A stretch of DNA of 32,000 nt from Candidatus Fokinia solitaria (GTDB taxonomy: Bacteria > Pseudomonadota > Alphaproteobacteria > Rickettsiales > Midichloriaceae), in the NCBI RefSeq assembly GCF_003072485.1, contig NZ_CP025989.1, positions 570,001-602,000 on the forward strand, in the 5' to 3' direction. Of the stretch, positions 1 to 10,249 are shown piece by piece (the first letter of the stretch is position 1; every line of letters starts with the position of its first letter). A program made the position numbers and the translations under genes. Below the pieces are notes generated by a model, which ran no database searches, was not told the DNA's origin, and was given only the letters and a program-made list of their open reading frames with translations.

Positions 1-314
1 GCAACATAATTTACGTTTAACACATCGACGAATTTTTTGTCAATTTTCTTCTTTTCTGCACTATATAATATGCTGACATTGTTAATGAGTAAATTGATGT
101 CGCTTTTATGTATCAGTTCTGATAGCATATTAATATCTTTGTGCTTTCTGAGATCGCCGCGTATTAAGCGTGTGTTAGAGTTCGACAGGTAAGTGTCTAG
201 GTTCTTCGGAGAGCTGTGGTAGTGCATCGTCACATTCCATGCATTCTTTACAAAGAAATCCGCAATACTCGTACCTAATTTACTGGTACTACCAGTAATA
301 CATACATGCCGCAT
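1..314 (-). CDS. Short-chain dehydrogenase/reductase (SDR) family protein, partial (runs off left edge)
   Basis: Reverse strand from ATG (314) reads MRHVCITGSTSKLGTSIADFFVKNAWNVTMHYHSSPKNLDTYLSNSNTRLIRGDLRKHKDINMLSELIHKSDINLLINNVSILYSAEKKKIDKKFVDVLNVNYV without a stop to base 1. It has an N-terminal Rossmann TGxxxxLG motif and an SDR-like 'LINNVS' (NNAS-type) motif. Not in the supplied ORF track. Confidence 0.8.
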   Translation of the reverse strand, partial: MRHVCITGSTSKLGTSIADFFVKNAWNVTMHYHSSPKNLDTYLSNSNTRLIRGDLRKHKDINMLSELIHKSDINLLINNVSILYSAEKKKIDKKFVDVLNVNYV

Positions 315-411
315 ATCATTTTTTTTCTTTACTTGAAGTTACCGCTCAAGTATGTATTCATGATAATCGCAAAGCAATCACAGAAAAGCGTAAAATACAA
401 TTATAAACAAC

Positions 412-1677
412 ATGTCAAGCCAAAAAATAAGCTGTCAGTTTTGTGGTCGAAGCGGCAGTGTGCTGAAGAAGGTCATTATAGGAAAAGAAGCAATGATATG
501 CGGCAGCTGCGTAGAACTTTGTAATCTTATTTTGAAGGGAGATAGAGGAAATACTTATAATTCTCCAGAAGCGCTAGAATGCCCTCTTCCAAAGGATATA
601 ACAGAAAAATTAGACGTACATATAGTAGGTCAACAGAATGCTAAGCGTATTCTTGCCGTAGCGGTGTATAATCACTTCTGCAGAATCAAAAATCGCGAAA
701 ACTCTCCGCATGATGAACAAGAGGAAAATATACGAAAGATACGAGAAGAATTAAAAGATGTTGAAGTCGCTAAAAGTAATATATTATTAATAGGTCCTTC
801 TGGATGCGGTAAAACTCTTATTGCCGAAACTTTAGCAAAAATCTTCTCACTTCCATTTGCAATAGCAGATGCAACTACATTAACAGAAACAGGTTATGTC
901 GGAGAAGACGTAGAAAATGTCATCATGAGATTACTTGTTAACTGCGATTATAACGTAGAAGCAGCACAAAAAGGGATAGTATATATAGATGAGATAGATA
1001 AATTAGCAAAGAAGAAGCATGGCGGTTCTACTGCACGTGATATATCTGGAGAAGGAGTGCAGCAAGGACTTTTAAAGTTGATAGAAGGTACTGTTGTTAA
1101 TGTCAGCAGACATAGAGGAAGCGAGCCGATACAGGTCAATACTAAGAATATATTATTTGTCGTAGGCGGTGCATTTGAAGGTCTTGATAAGATTATCAGC
1201 TCTCGCGTAATAGACTCTGGCATAGGATTTTTATCAACTAGCGCCAAAAATAAGCAGAATCACGTTGAATTATCTGCGATTTTAAGAAAAGTAGAGCATG
1301 AAGATCTTTTAGATTATGGATTAATCCCGGAATTCATAGGTAGATTACCTGTAATTGTCACTCTTGATGCTTTAACTGAAGACGATCTTGTATCTATACT
1401 TGTATCTCCTAGAAATGCATTGATCAAACAGTACAAAAAAGTTCTTCTACAGAACAATATAGAGTTAGAATTTGAGCACGATGCACTTATAGAGATAGCG
1501 CGACTTAGTATAAGAAAAAAGACTGGCGCACGTGGATTACGCTCCATTTTAGAGCATTTATTGATAGAATGCATGTTTGAAGCGCCGCATAATCAATCTT
1601 ACAGAAAGATTATAATTACGAAAAATAACGTATTGGACTTTTTTTCTGAATCTAGAGTAGCTAACTTCGTAGCGTAA
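412..1677 (+). CDS. clpX: ATP-dependent Clp protease ATP-binding subunit ClpX
   Basis: 421 aa; N-terminal C4 zinc finger (CQFCGRSG...CGSCVELC), Walker A GPSGCGKT, Walker B VYIDEIDK, sensor '[12 protein letters not shown]'. Confidence 0.98.
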   Translation: MSSQKISCQFCGRSGSVLKKVIIGKEAMICGSCVELCNLILKGDRGNTYNSPEALECPLPKDITEKLDVHIVGQQNAKRILAVAVYNHFCRIKNRENSPHDEQEENIRKIREELKDVEVAKSNILLIGPSGCGKTLIAETLAKIFSLPFAIADATTLTETGYVGEDVENVIMRLLVNCDYNVEAAQKGIVYIDEIDKLAKKKHGGSTARDISGEGVQQGLLKLIEGTVVNVSRHRGSEPIQVNTKNILFVVGGAFEGLDKIISSRVIDSGIGFLSTSAKNKQNHVELSAILRKVEHEDLLDYGLIPEFIGRLPVIVTLDALTEDDLVSILVSPRNALIKQYKKVLLQNNIELEFEHDALIEIARLSIRKKTGARGLRSILEHLLIECMFEAPHNQSYRKIIITKNNVLDFFSESRVANFVA

Positions 1678-1699
1678 AAAATTTTTATTAGAGAGTAGT

Positions 1700-4063
1700 A
1701 TGGAACTTTTAATTGTAGAATCTCCCTCTAAAGCAAAGTCTATAAGCGGTTACCTCGGTAAAGGATTTAGTGTGATATCTTCATATGGACATGTACGTTC
1801 CATACCATCTAAATCTGGCATGATAGACTACAATAATCAGTTTCGTCCAACTTATTCTTTATCCGAAAAAGCTTCGCAAATCGTGGATCAAATTGCAGAA
1901 AAAGCAAAAAAAGCCACTAACATATACTTGGCTACCGATCCTGATAGAGAAGGAGAGGCAATAGCTTGGCACATAGCAGAAATACTGAGAGAGAGAAACG
2001 TAGTATCAGAGAAAGCGAATATAAAGAGAATAGTTTTTTATGAAGTAACCAAAAATGCGATACAAAATGCACTTAAGTCTTCTAGTGACATAAGAATGCC
2101 ACTTGTATATGCGCAGAGAGCAAGAGAAGCACTCGATTACATTATAGGATTTAATTTATCTCCTATACTATGGCGTAAGATACCAAACAGCAAATCTGCA
2201 GGTCGTGTACAATCCGTAGCAGTAAAGATGATAGCGGAAAGAGAAAATGAAATATTACTCTTTAATTCAAAAGAATACTGGTCTATTCACATTAATTTCT
2301 CACTTACTGAAGAACAATTTTTACAATGTAAATTGCTTCAATTTAACGCGCAAGAGTTAAAAAAGTTCACAATTAGCAATGAAAAGGAAGCAAACAATAT
2401 CAAAGACGCAATACTACATTTAAATTATGCAGTAAGCGACATCGTACAAAGCGAAAGTGCAACTCAGCCCTCTCCTCCATTTACTACTTCTACCATGATG
2501 CAAGAAGCATCGAAGAGATTCGGTTTTTCTGCACAAAAAACTGCACAAATTGCACAAAAGTTATATGAAGGGATCAAAATTGACAATCAGATTACAGGGC
2601 TAATCACATATATGAGAACTGATAGTATATCAGTCTCTCCCGAGGTCATTAACATAGTTACCACACTCATACAAAAGAAATATGGTGAAGCATATTCTCT
2701 AAAACGTCCTCGCACCTTCATAAATAAAACTAAAAACGCGCAAGAAGCACATGAAGCAATTAGGCCGACAGATCCTCTGCTTATTCCGGAAGTTATAAGA
2801 CAGCATCTCACTGAAGAGCAGTATAAGCTATATAGGATGATATGGTGTAGATTGATCGCAAGTCAAATGCAGCCATCAAAGCATAAGCACATTACCGTCA
2901 CAGTAAGTGGTATTAATGATAACGGTAATATCGAAGCAGTAGCTTCAGCTTCAGCATCATGCGTGACTTTTGATGGCTTTACAAAGACATACGATATCGC
3001 ATCTGCTGACAGTACAGAAGAAGATGCTGAGGCCGTTACTTCTCTTTCTGTTGAGAATGTGGAAAAATATATTAAGAAAGACGCAAAACTGATACTACGC
3101 GATGCATTTACAAAGCAACATTTTACAAAACCTCCTTCTAGGTACTCTGAGGCTACTCTAATAAAATCTATGGAAGAATTAGGCATAGGACGTCCTTCCA
3201 CTTATCCATCGATAATAGGCATAATACAGAAAAGAAACTATGTCACGATACAAAAAAAAAGATTCTACTTAGAAGCGCTTGGAGAAGTGACTCATATGTT
3301 CTTAAGAGAGTATTTTGACAAATATATAGCATATGACTTCACAGCAAAACTTGAAGATAACTTAGATCAGATAGCAAATGATAAGATAAATTACATTGAG
3401 ATATTACAGGATTTTTGGAATGGATTTCATGCAGTAGTACTACATACAGCAAGTATCGAAATGACTACCGTCATTAAAGCGCTAAATGAGAAAATTACAC
3501 CATATGTTGTACATGCCTTCGGTGCTACTTCAACGAATGAAGCTTCATGTCCTTCTTGTCAAAATGCATTATCGTTAAAATTCGGCAAGAGTGGTGCATT
3601 TCTAAGTTGTAGTGAGTACCCTAAGTGCACTTTTACAGCATCGCTAAATGACGTATTCTTAAAATTGCAGAACAGAGGTGCTGCAGAATGGAAGACAAGT
3701 TCTGAAAGCAAATATCCAATACTACTTTATAACCAAGAAGAAACTGAAATACCGGTAATGCTGTATAATGGAAGATACGGACTCTATATAGAGATATCTG
3801 GAGAAAAAAAAGAACGCTTTTCTGTACCGCAATCTATGATAGAAAAAACACATGAAGGTTTATACGTAGTTTCATCAGAAAATGCGAAAAAACTCGTTTC
3901 TTTACCACGTACACTTGGTATACATCCAGGTACAAATTTAGAAGTAAAAGTAGGTATAGGTAAGTATGGCGCATACATATTTCACAATAACAAGTATACT
4001 ACCGCTAAAAAAGTTGATATCTTCTCATTAACCCTCGATGAGGCACTTGCTATTATAAAGTAA
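1700..4063 (+). CDS. topA: DNA topoisomerase I
   Basis: 787 aa; TOPRIM start MELLIVESPSKAKSI, 'DPDREGEAIAWH', active-site region 'GLITYMRTDS', C-terminal zinc-binding segment 'CPSCQNALSLKFGKSGAFLSCSEYPKC'. Confidence 0.98.
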   Translation: MELLIVESPSKAKSISGYLGKGFSVISSYGHVRSIPSKSGMIDYNNQFRPTYSLSEKASQIVDQIAEKAKKATNIYLATDPDREGEAIAWHIAEILRERNVVSEKANIKRIVFYEVTKNAIQNALKSSSDIRMPLVYAQRAREALDYIIGFNLSPILWRKIPNSKSAGRVQSVAVKMIAERENEILLFNSKEYWSIHINFSLTEEQFLQCKLLQFNAQELKKFTISNEKEANNIKDAILHLNYAVSDIVQSESATQPSPPFTTSTMMQEASKRFGFSAQKTAQIAQKLYEGIKIDNQITGLITYMRTDSISVSPEVINIVTTLIQKKYGEAYSLKRPRTFINKTKNAQEAHEAIRPTDPLLIPEVIRQHLTEEQYKLYRMIWCRLIASQMQPSKHKHITVTVSGINDNGNIEAVASASASCVTFDGFTKTYDIASADSTEEDAEAVTSLSVENVEKYIKKDAKLILRDAFTKQHFTKPPSRYSEATLIKSMEELGIGRPSTYPSIIGIIQKRNYVTIQKKRFYLEALGEVTHMFLREYFDKYIAYDFTAKLEDNLDQIANDKINYIEILQDFWNGFHAVVLHTASIEMTTVIKALNEKITPYVVHAFGATSTNEASCPSCQNALSLKFGKSGAFLSCSEYPKCTFTASLNDVFLKLQNRGAAEWKTSSESKYPILLYNQEETEIPVMLYNGRYGLYIEISGEKKERFSVPQSMIEKTHEGLYVVSSENAKKLVSLPRTLGIHPGTNLEVKVGIGKYGAYIFHNNKYTTAKKVDIFSLTLDEALAIIK

Positions 4064-4107
4064 GTATTATCTCGGTATATATAATATTAAAATACTATGA
4101 GTGTAAT

Positions 4108-5130
4108 ATGCCAATTATAGCTATCAAAAAGAACTTCAATACAAAAGGGGAGTTTTATTCTATCGCTGATGATATTAGAGATATCGATAAAAGCAGCATT
4201 TTTGTAGACATTACTTCTCCAAGTGATGAAGAAGTAAGGATAATAAGTAAATTGTTTTCGCTCTATATACCAACAGAGGAAGAGATGGAAATAAGAGAGG
4301 TAAAAACTCCGTTCGAGGTAAAATCTTCTTTTGAAGTAAAAGCATCAGCTGACAAAAAGAGTGAAACGTATCATATGACAATTACAGCTTTGCAAGGTAC
4401 AAGCGAATCCTTTGAAAGCTTTGCACTAACTCTCACTCTTACAAGCGAATGCTTAATACTGATCAAACACGATAATGCACCATTACTTGAAAGCTTCATA
4501 AAAAGAATGGTACTGAGAGAATTTCCAGAATCTACACTTTCTCCGGAATTGCTCTTGCTATCAGTAATAGAATTTATCGTCGGTAATGTCGCTACCATTT
4601 TAGAAGCAGGAGGTAATGAGATTGATTCAATACTTCAAATGCTATTTGAGGATGTTGCAAAAACGAAGATCAAAGACAGATATAAGGAGGCATTACATAA
4701 AATAGGAAGATCAGCGCAATTGATATCAAAAAGCAGAGAAAGTCTGATGAGTATACATCGAATGATAATATACTACTCACAAACTAGATACATATTGCAG
4801 AAAAACAAAGAACATCGCTTAAGATTTAATAAAATATCCGGAGAAATTAATTCCTTGAATGAGTATTCTAATTTCCTTTCTCAACGTAATTCTTTCCTTT
4901 TTGATGCTGCACTTGGTGTGATCTCAGTAGAACAAAGCGCAATAACAAAGCTCTTTACCATAGCATCAGCGGTATTTATGCCACCAACTTTGATAGCAAG
5001 CATATATGGCATGAACTTCGAGTTCTTACCAGCGCTTACGTGGGAATTTGGATATTGGATAGCATTTGTTGCGATGCTTATTTCATCAAGCATACCGTTA
5101 ATATACTTTAAGAGAAAAGGATGGATATAG
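4108..5130 (+). CDS. corA: CorA-family magnesium/divalent cation transporter
   Basis: 340 aa; C-terminal 'PPTLIASIYGMNFEFLPALTWEFGYW' with the YGMNF signature and two TM helices. Confidence 0.9.
   Translation: MPIIAIKKNFNTKGEFYSIADDIRDIDKSSIFVDITSPSDEEVRIISKLFSLYIPTEEEMEIREVKTPFEVKSSFEVKASADKKSETYHMTITALQGTSESFESFALTLTLTSECLILIKHDNAPLLESFIKRMVLREFPESTLSPELLLLSVIEFIVGNVATILEAGGNEIDSILQMLFEDVAKTKIKDRYKEALHKIGRSAQLISKSRESLMSIHRMIIYYSQTRYILQKNKEHRLRFNKISGEINSLNEYSNFLSQRNSFLFDAALGVISVEQSAITKLFTIASAVFMPPTLIASIYGMNFEFLPALTWEFGYWIAFVAMLISSSIPLIYFKRKGWI
4297..4347 (+). repeat. Degenerate 18-bp in-frame tandem repeat inside the corA-like gene (EVKTPF-EVKSSF-EVKAS)
   Basis: gaggtaaaaactccgttc / gaggtaaaatcttctttt / gaagtaaaagcatca. 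Confidence 0.6.
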
Positions 5131-5192
5131 ATAAAATTGATTTTTGCAAATACGCCATATAACATCCTTCATCTCCAACTCTCAAACAAAGC

Positions 5193-5876
5193 ATGCACAA
5201 TTCTATACTATCGATAATAACAGGCTCTACATTCGTCGTACAGCTGGTATTTTTAGCACTGTTGCTGATGTCCGTATACTCTTGGTCTATAATATTGCAC
5301 AAGATATTTTTGTTACGAAGGATAGAAAAAAACATTAACCTTTTCGAAGATGAATTCTTGAGAGAATTACCAATTGGAGAGATCTTAGTGCATTTTTCTC
5401 ATAAAAGTGAATTTATTCCGCATCATTCTCTCGCTATAAAAATGATAGATGCATGTAAGCATGGCAGCATTATGAGTTCTTTGGAAAATTCAACTTCTTT
5501 TAATAAATTAAAAGAAAATATATCTCATATAACAAATTCTGTTATCGAAAAAAAGCTGCTCGCTATGAGTAGCGGCATAGGTATGCTAGGGATAATAGGC
5601 TCTCTTGCTCCTTTCGTTGGGCTACTCGGTACTGTATGGGGTATCATGGATAGCTTCCAGTCCATCGCACTGCAGAAAAATATCACAATTGCAACGGTAG
5701 CACCTGGTATAGCCGAAGCTTTACTCGCAACAGCTATAGGACTTTTCGTTGCTATACCTAGCGTATTTTATAACAATAAAATGAATCTTATGATATCCGA
5801 AATCGAATCAAAGGTTCGTATTTTTTCATCAGAATTATGGGGATTAATCATCTCGAATAGCATAAATGATGAATAA
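5193..5876 (+). CDS. tolQ: MotA/TolQ/ExbB proton channel family protein (TolQ)
   Basis: 227 aa; 'LGMLGIIGSLAPFVGLLGTVWGIMDSF...VAPGIAEALLATAIGLFVAIPSVFYNN', the canonical TolQ/ExbB core. Confidence 0.93.
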   Translation: MHNSILSIITGSTFVVQLVFLALLLMSVYSWSIILHKIFLLRRIEKNINLFEDEFLRELPIGEILVHFSHKSEFIPHHSLAIKMIDACKHGSIMSSLENSTSFNKLKENISHITNSVIEKKLLAMSSGIGMLGIIGSLAPFVGLLGTVWGIMDSFQSIALQKNITIATVAPGIAEALLATAIGLFVAIPSVFYNNKMNLMISEIESKVRIFSSELWGLIISNSINDE

Positions 5877-6393
5877 GAAGAATAATAAAATTATAAGATA
5901 CTTAGTAATAATTTTTCTCAGTATCATAGCATGCAATAGAAAATACGTACTTGCAGTAATAGCAGATGAAGTCACAAAGTACGGAAGAGTTACAAATCTT
6001 CCAATTCCGAGATTTACTAGCGTTAAATCTTCCAAAGTACTTATGAGAGTAGGTGCAGGATATGATTATCCTGTATTCAAGTCTTACGCATGTATTAATA
6101 TGCCGGTACAAGTACTGGATGAATTCAAGCAGTGGAGAAAAGTTTCAGATTATGAAAAAAATATAGGATGGATACATGAGTCTTTATTGAGTTCCAACAA
6201 GACCGCTAGAGTAATAGATGTAGGAGTGTCATTAAGATATTTCCCTTCATACCAATTTCCTAAAATTGGTACGTTAAAAAACGGCACTATTGTAAAGGTG
6301 CTGAAGCGTAAAAATGCATGGTGCAAAATAAGTATCAATGAAATAAAAGGTTGGGTAGAAGAAAAGCACTTGTGGGGATTTGACAGAAAATAA
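5866..6393 (+). CDS. SH3-domain-containing exported protein
   Basis: 175 aa; hydrophobic N-terminus, two bacterial SH3-like segments ('SSKVLMRVGAGYDYPVFKSYACINMPVQVLDEFKQWRKV', 'GTLKNGTIVKVLKRKNAWCKISINEIKGWVEEKHLWG'); overlaps tolQ end by 11 bp. Confidence 0.75.
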   Translation: MMNKKNNKIIRYLVIIFLSIIACNRKYVLAVIADEVTKYGRVTNLPIPRFTSVKSSKVLMRVGAGYDYPVFKSYACINMPVQVLDEFKQWRKVSDYEKNIGWIHESLLSSNKTARVIDVGVSLRYFPSYQFPKIGTLKNGTIVKVLKRKNAWCKISINEIKGWVEEKHLWGFDRK

Positions 6394-6890
6394 ATCGACC
6401 GCATGGAGATATAAGAAGTAGCTTTATAGAATTGTACTTGACATTAGAATGATGAATTTAGCGATAGTTGTCATTTTTCAATAGTAAATAGTGCACTTTT
6501 ATCAATTAGATAGTGCATCGGTAGTGCTGCTTTTATCCATAAACAAAAAAGAATAATATCAGACTCATAACATAAGAATGAAAGTATACTTTTTTAGCTA
6601 CTATTCTATAGCTAAACATTGTCTTTCTTATCGCTTTTTCTATATCGATAAGTCACTCATCAAGAGAGTTTGTAAAAAAAAGAAGTAGTAGAATTCAGTA
6701 ACTCTCTGCAAAATACTCAATGATAAAGAATTAGACAACTTTGTTGTATTAGACGCAGCGCCTTAGTACTAAAGGTGCATCAAATGCAGTTATTATAGCA
6801 CTTTTTCCTCTATCTATTCTTTTGAAATTTTTCTTTATAAAAAGCTAGATAGTTAAAATTTTACAAAAAGATATTTATTTTGAATAAAAT

Positions 6891-7673
6891 ATGATATTAT
6901 TCGTTAATAAGATGTTAATGAATTTTATGCTTTATCTATCTTCTGTAAAACACTATACGTATGATCCATGTAAATATACGCCGATATTCAAGGAAGTAAC
7001 GTATGTCAATGATATCAATATCGAATTGTCACGACTATATTGCTCCATCTTTATACCATATGATATCACTACAAAGATTCCGCATCTTCTTACCGTATCG
7101 CTGAAAAAATTTGAAAAAACCAACATACTACAAGACATCGTAGAAAATGTATATCGGGTACAGTATTTCATCGATTTCCAAGAAAAAGTAAAACAAGTTC
7201 TATATAAAGTTAGAGAGTTAAGCTTTTCTCATCACTCTGAAGTGATAATGATAAATGAAGCGCTAAAGCACCTAGATACCTCTACCCTTACAGAGAAAAT
7301 TGATATCACTCATACCATTCTCAACGTGTTAGATAGCAGAGTAACGCGCAATACTATTAATACTCGGCAAGTAATTGATAAAGAAATAAAGCTTTCTATA
7401 CAAGAAACGCATAATTCTTCAGCAGTAATCGTTATGCATAACAATAAGATAGCGCCATTTTTAAAAGCATTAAGTGAAAAATTTATAATTAAGAAAGTGA
7501 TATTAAATAAGCACAATATCAATCATCAACAAATATTGAATGATCTACATAGCTTATCAGAACATCAAGATGAATTAAGAAACGACATAATACGATTGCT
7601 GCATGAACAGAGTCCAACAATGCCAGAATTTTTATATCTCACAATGGATGAGAATTTAGAATATCACTTATAG
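6891..7673 (+). CDS. Hypothetical protein
   Basis: 260-aa uninterrupted ORF with no recognised domain; flanked by long non-coding DNA on the left. Confidence 0.5.
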   Translation: MILFVNKMLMNFMLYLSSVKHYTYDPCKYTPIFKEVTYVNDINIELSRLYCSIFIPYDITTKIPHLLTVSLKKFEKTNILQDIVENVYRVQYFIDFQEKVKQVLYKVRELSFSHHSEVIMINEALKHLDTSTLTEKIDITHTILNVLDSRVTRNTINTRQVIDKEIKLSIQETHNSSAVIVMHNNKIAPFLKALSEKFIIKKVILNKHNINHQQILNDLHSLSEHQDELRNDIIRLLHEQSPTMPEFLYLTMDENLEYHL

Positions 7674-7795
7674 TTCAGCTCATTATCAACTCAATTTAAT
7701 AAAAATACTCTCGCATTTTCACAATCGTAAGAAATGTTAAATTGCAACAATATACATTGTGTATTATGATGCGCTACTGATACTTTTAAAAAAGC

Positions 7796-9973
7796 TTATA
7801 ATCTACTAAAGCTTTTAATTCTTACGTAAGATGAGATCTTCATTGCTTTTCCTGCTTTTCTCTTACACGAATCTATAAAATGCTGCAACATACTATCTTG
7901 AAACTCTGAAATTCTTATATTGATTCTAAATGATGCACTATTCTCGTACACTTCAACATTCACACATTGTCCAAACATGGCAAACGCTAATTTTATTAAC
8001 TCCAATGCCTCTTCAGCTTCTCCAATGATGCTAATAGATAGCACTACTTTCTTTATGATATCGCTCCATTTCACATTAACCGTTTCTTCATCCTCCATAA
8101 TTCTCATACAATTTTTCATATGAATCTCCAGTACGTTATCTCTTCTTCTAATGCCTATAATTTCATCTAATGGAAGAGGATTGCAGCAATTAGGAAATGT
8201 AATAGTTGCTTTAGCATCAAATATCGCTCTGCTCTCTCGTATTTTCTCAGGCATTTTCCGCGTTGCAGACATATCAGCAAATATCTTCTTGCTTAGAACA
8301 ACTTTATCCAGCTTTGACACACGAATTTTGCCACACCCTACTAGGTAATACAGCTCAGCTCTCGTCATCACATGAAACGAATCCATCAGAACATTAATGA
8401 ACTCTACCACGTACTCGATACGATGTTTTTTCAATACGCTTAATAACTGACCTTTTCCTACCTCGATAATAGACATTTTGCCCTGCGCTTTAAGGTATTT
8501 TCTGATCTTTCTTACTGCTTTTGTAGTAGTTACAGCATTCAACCAATCCAGTTTTGCGCTGATCTGTTGCCCTGTAAACACATGCACACTATCGCCATTT
8601 GCTAGTACATGAGTTATTGGTACTTCTACCGAATTTACAGATGCTTTAATACACTTCAATCCGACATCAGAGTGTATTGCAAATGCAAAGTCTAACACAG
8701 TAGCGCCTTCCGGCAAAGAAACTGTTTTACCAGCTGGCGAAAAGCAAGATATTGCGCTTGGAGAGATGCTTCGCTCTACATACTCCATTATCGTTTCCGG
8801 AGAATCGGTTCTCCATAATGCATGATCTAACTCTAGAAGCCATTCTTTCGATATATCTGAAACACACCCCATGCCGCTTTTATAACGCCAATGCGCAGCA
8901 ATGCCATTTTCCGCTACCTTATGCATGTCAAATGTCCTTATCTGAATCTCTATCGGTATTTCTAAAACATTCGCAATAGATGTATGAAGTGATTGATATC
9001 CATTGCTTTTCGGCATACTGATATAATCTTTTATTCTGCCAGGTATCGCAGTATATGTCGCATGCACAGCAAATAACGCCAAGTAACACTCTTTTACAGT
9101 ATTGGTCAGAATTCTAAATCCGAGAATATCATGAAGCTGATTAATACTTTCTACAGGTATACCTTTCTCCTTAATCTTGCATAGAACAGAATAAGGATCT
9201 TTTTCTCTGCATACTATCACCGCTTTGATACCGTGCTTTACCATCACTTCATCAAGAATATTAAGAATTCTATCCTTATCCTTTAGATATTTTTGTTTAA
9301 CAGAATTCAGTCTTTGCACAACTCTTTTATGCAGCGCAGCATCTAATGCACTGGAAGCTAAATTAGCAAGCTCATTCTTACACCACTCTATCCCAAGCTT
9401 CTCTGCAAGTGGTACATATATCTTCAATGTCTCCCTCGCAATTCTTTCTATTTTCTTACTCTTTCTGATAAAATGAAGAGTTCTCATATTATGCAATCTG
9501 TCCGCAAGCTTTATCAGTAAAATTATTATATCATCTGCTGCAGCTAAAAGAAATTTTTTCATACTTTGCGAATATCTGAATGCTGCATCTAAATAAGCAT
9601 CCTTCTTTACCTTTGTTAATCCATCCACTAACTCTGCTTCTTTTTCACCAAATAATGTCTTCAGCTCTTGAAACGTTACACTGCTGTCTTCAAGTACATC
9701 ATGTAATACCGCTGCTACAACTGCTTTTGTGTTAAGATTGAATTGCAGAACTATTATTGCCACTTCAATACAATGCAAAACGTATGGCTCTCCAGAACTC
9801 CTTGTCTGTCCACTATGTAAATTCCTCGCAACACTCACAGCTTTTCTAACTGCATCTTCGTCAATATTCTGAAATCTCTCTCTTATCATAGACAATAGCT
9901 TATCAACTGCTTCATCGACTAGTACTTCTGTCGAATTGTTGACTTGCGATACTTCACTACCATTGTGTTTCAT
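7796..9973 (-). CDS. Bifunctional (p)ppGpp synthetase/hydrolase, RelA/SpoT (RSH) family
   Basis: 725 aa; HD hydrolase motifs (SGEPYVLHCIEVA, VLHDVLEDS, KLADRLHNMRTL), synthetase domain with RXKD-type motif 'GRIKDYISMPKSNGYQSLHTS', TGS domain 'CFSPAGKTVSLPEGATVLDFAFAIHSDVG'. Confidence 0.95.
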   Translation of the reverse strand: MKHNGSEVSQVNNSTEVLVDEAVDKLLSMIRERFQNIDEDAVRKAVSVARNLHSGQTRSSGEPYVLHCIEVAIIVLQFNLNTKAVVAAVLHDVLEDSSVTFQELKTLFGEKEAELVDGLTKVKKDAYLDAAFRYSQSMKKFLLAAADDIIILLIKLADRLHNMRTLHFIRKSKKIERIARETLKIYVPLAEKLGIEWCKNELANLASSALDAALHKRVVQRLNSVKQKYLKDKDRILNILDEVMVKHGIKAVIVCREKDPYSVLCKIKEKGIPVESINQLHDILGFRILTNTVKECYLALFAVHATYTAIPGRIKDYISMPKSNGYQSLHTSIANVLEIPIEIQIRTFDMHKVAENGIAAHWRYKSGMGCVSDISKEWLLELDHALWRTDSPETIMEYVERSISPSAISCFSPAGKTVSLPEGATVLDFAFAIHSDVGLKCIKASVNSVEVPITHVLANGDSVHVFTGQQISAKLDWLNAVTTTKAVRKIRKYLKAQGKMSIIEVGKGQLLSVLKKHRIEYVVEFINVLMDSFHVMTRAELYYLVGCGKIRVSKLDKVVLSKKIFADMSATRKMPEKIRESRAIFDAKATITFPNCCNPLPLDEIIGIRRRDNVLEIHMKNCMRIMEDEETVNVKWSDIIKKVVLSISIIGEAEEALELIKLAFAMFGQCVNVEVYENSASFRINIRISEFQDSMLQHFIDSCKRKAGKAMKISSYVRIKSFSRL

Positions 9974-10249
9974 ATGTCAATTTTAAGTTAATAATATCGA
10001 TTGATGATCAATTTAATTGTCTCTTAAAACAATATTAAAAGATATTAATTGATGACGTAACCCGCTTCTCACTTCGTAATACGTAAAATATAAACAAAGC
10101 AAAAAACTCACGAAAATGCCACTATATTGTAAGTATTATATCATTTACATTGATCTTTTCATTTTTACAGACGAAATCTCGCACATTTTACCGAAAGCAC
10201 TTGTACTATTCTTCTTTAAATAGTATTCATATTTAGTGAGGTGTTCTTA

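Noticed and set aside
306-524. Short + strand ORF overlapping the clpX start
   Set aside because: Out of frame with clpX; composition is not protein-like and it covers the likely promoter/RBS region.
948-1247. Antisense ORFs inside clpX and topA (948-1247, 1314-1574, 2587-2811, 2863-3201, 3784-3978)
   Set aside because: Shadow ORFs opposite strongly supported genes; no recognisable motifs.
4371-5338. ORFs 4371-4598(-), 4881-5165(-), 5108-5335(-) and 5144-5338(+)
   Set aside because: All overlap the corA-like gene or tolQ in other frames and lack independent evidence.
7920-9476. + strand ORFs opposite the RSH gene
   Set aside because: Antisense shadows of a motif-rich CDS.
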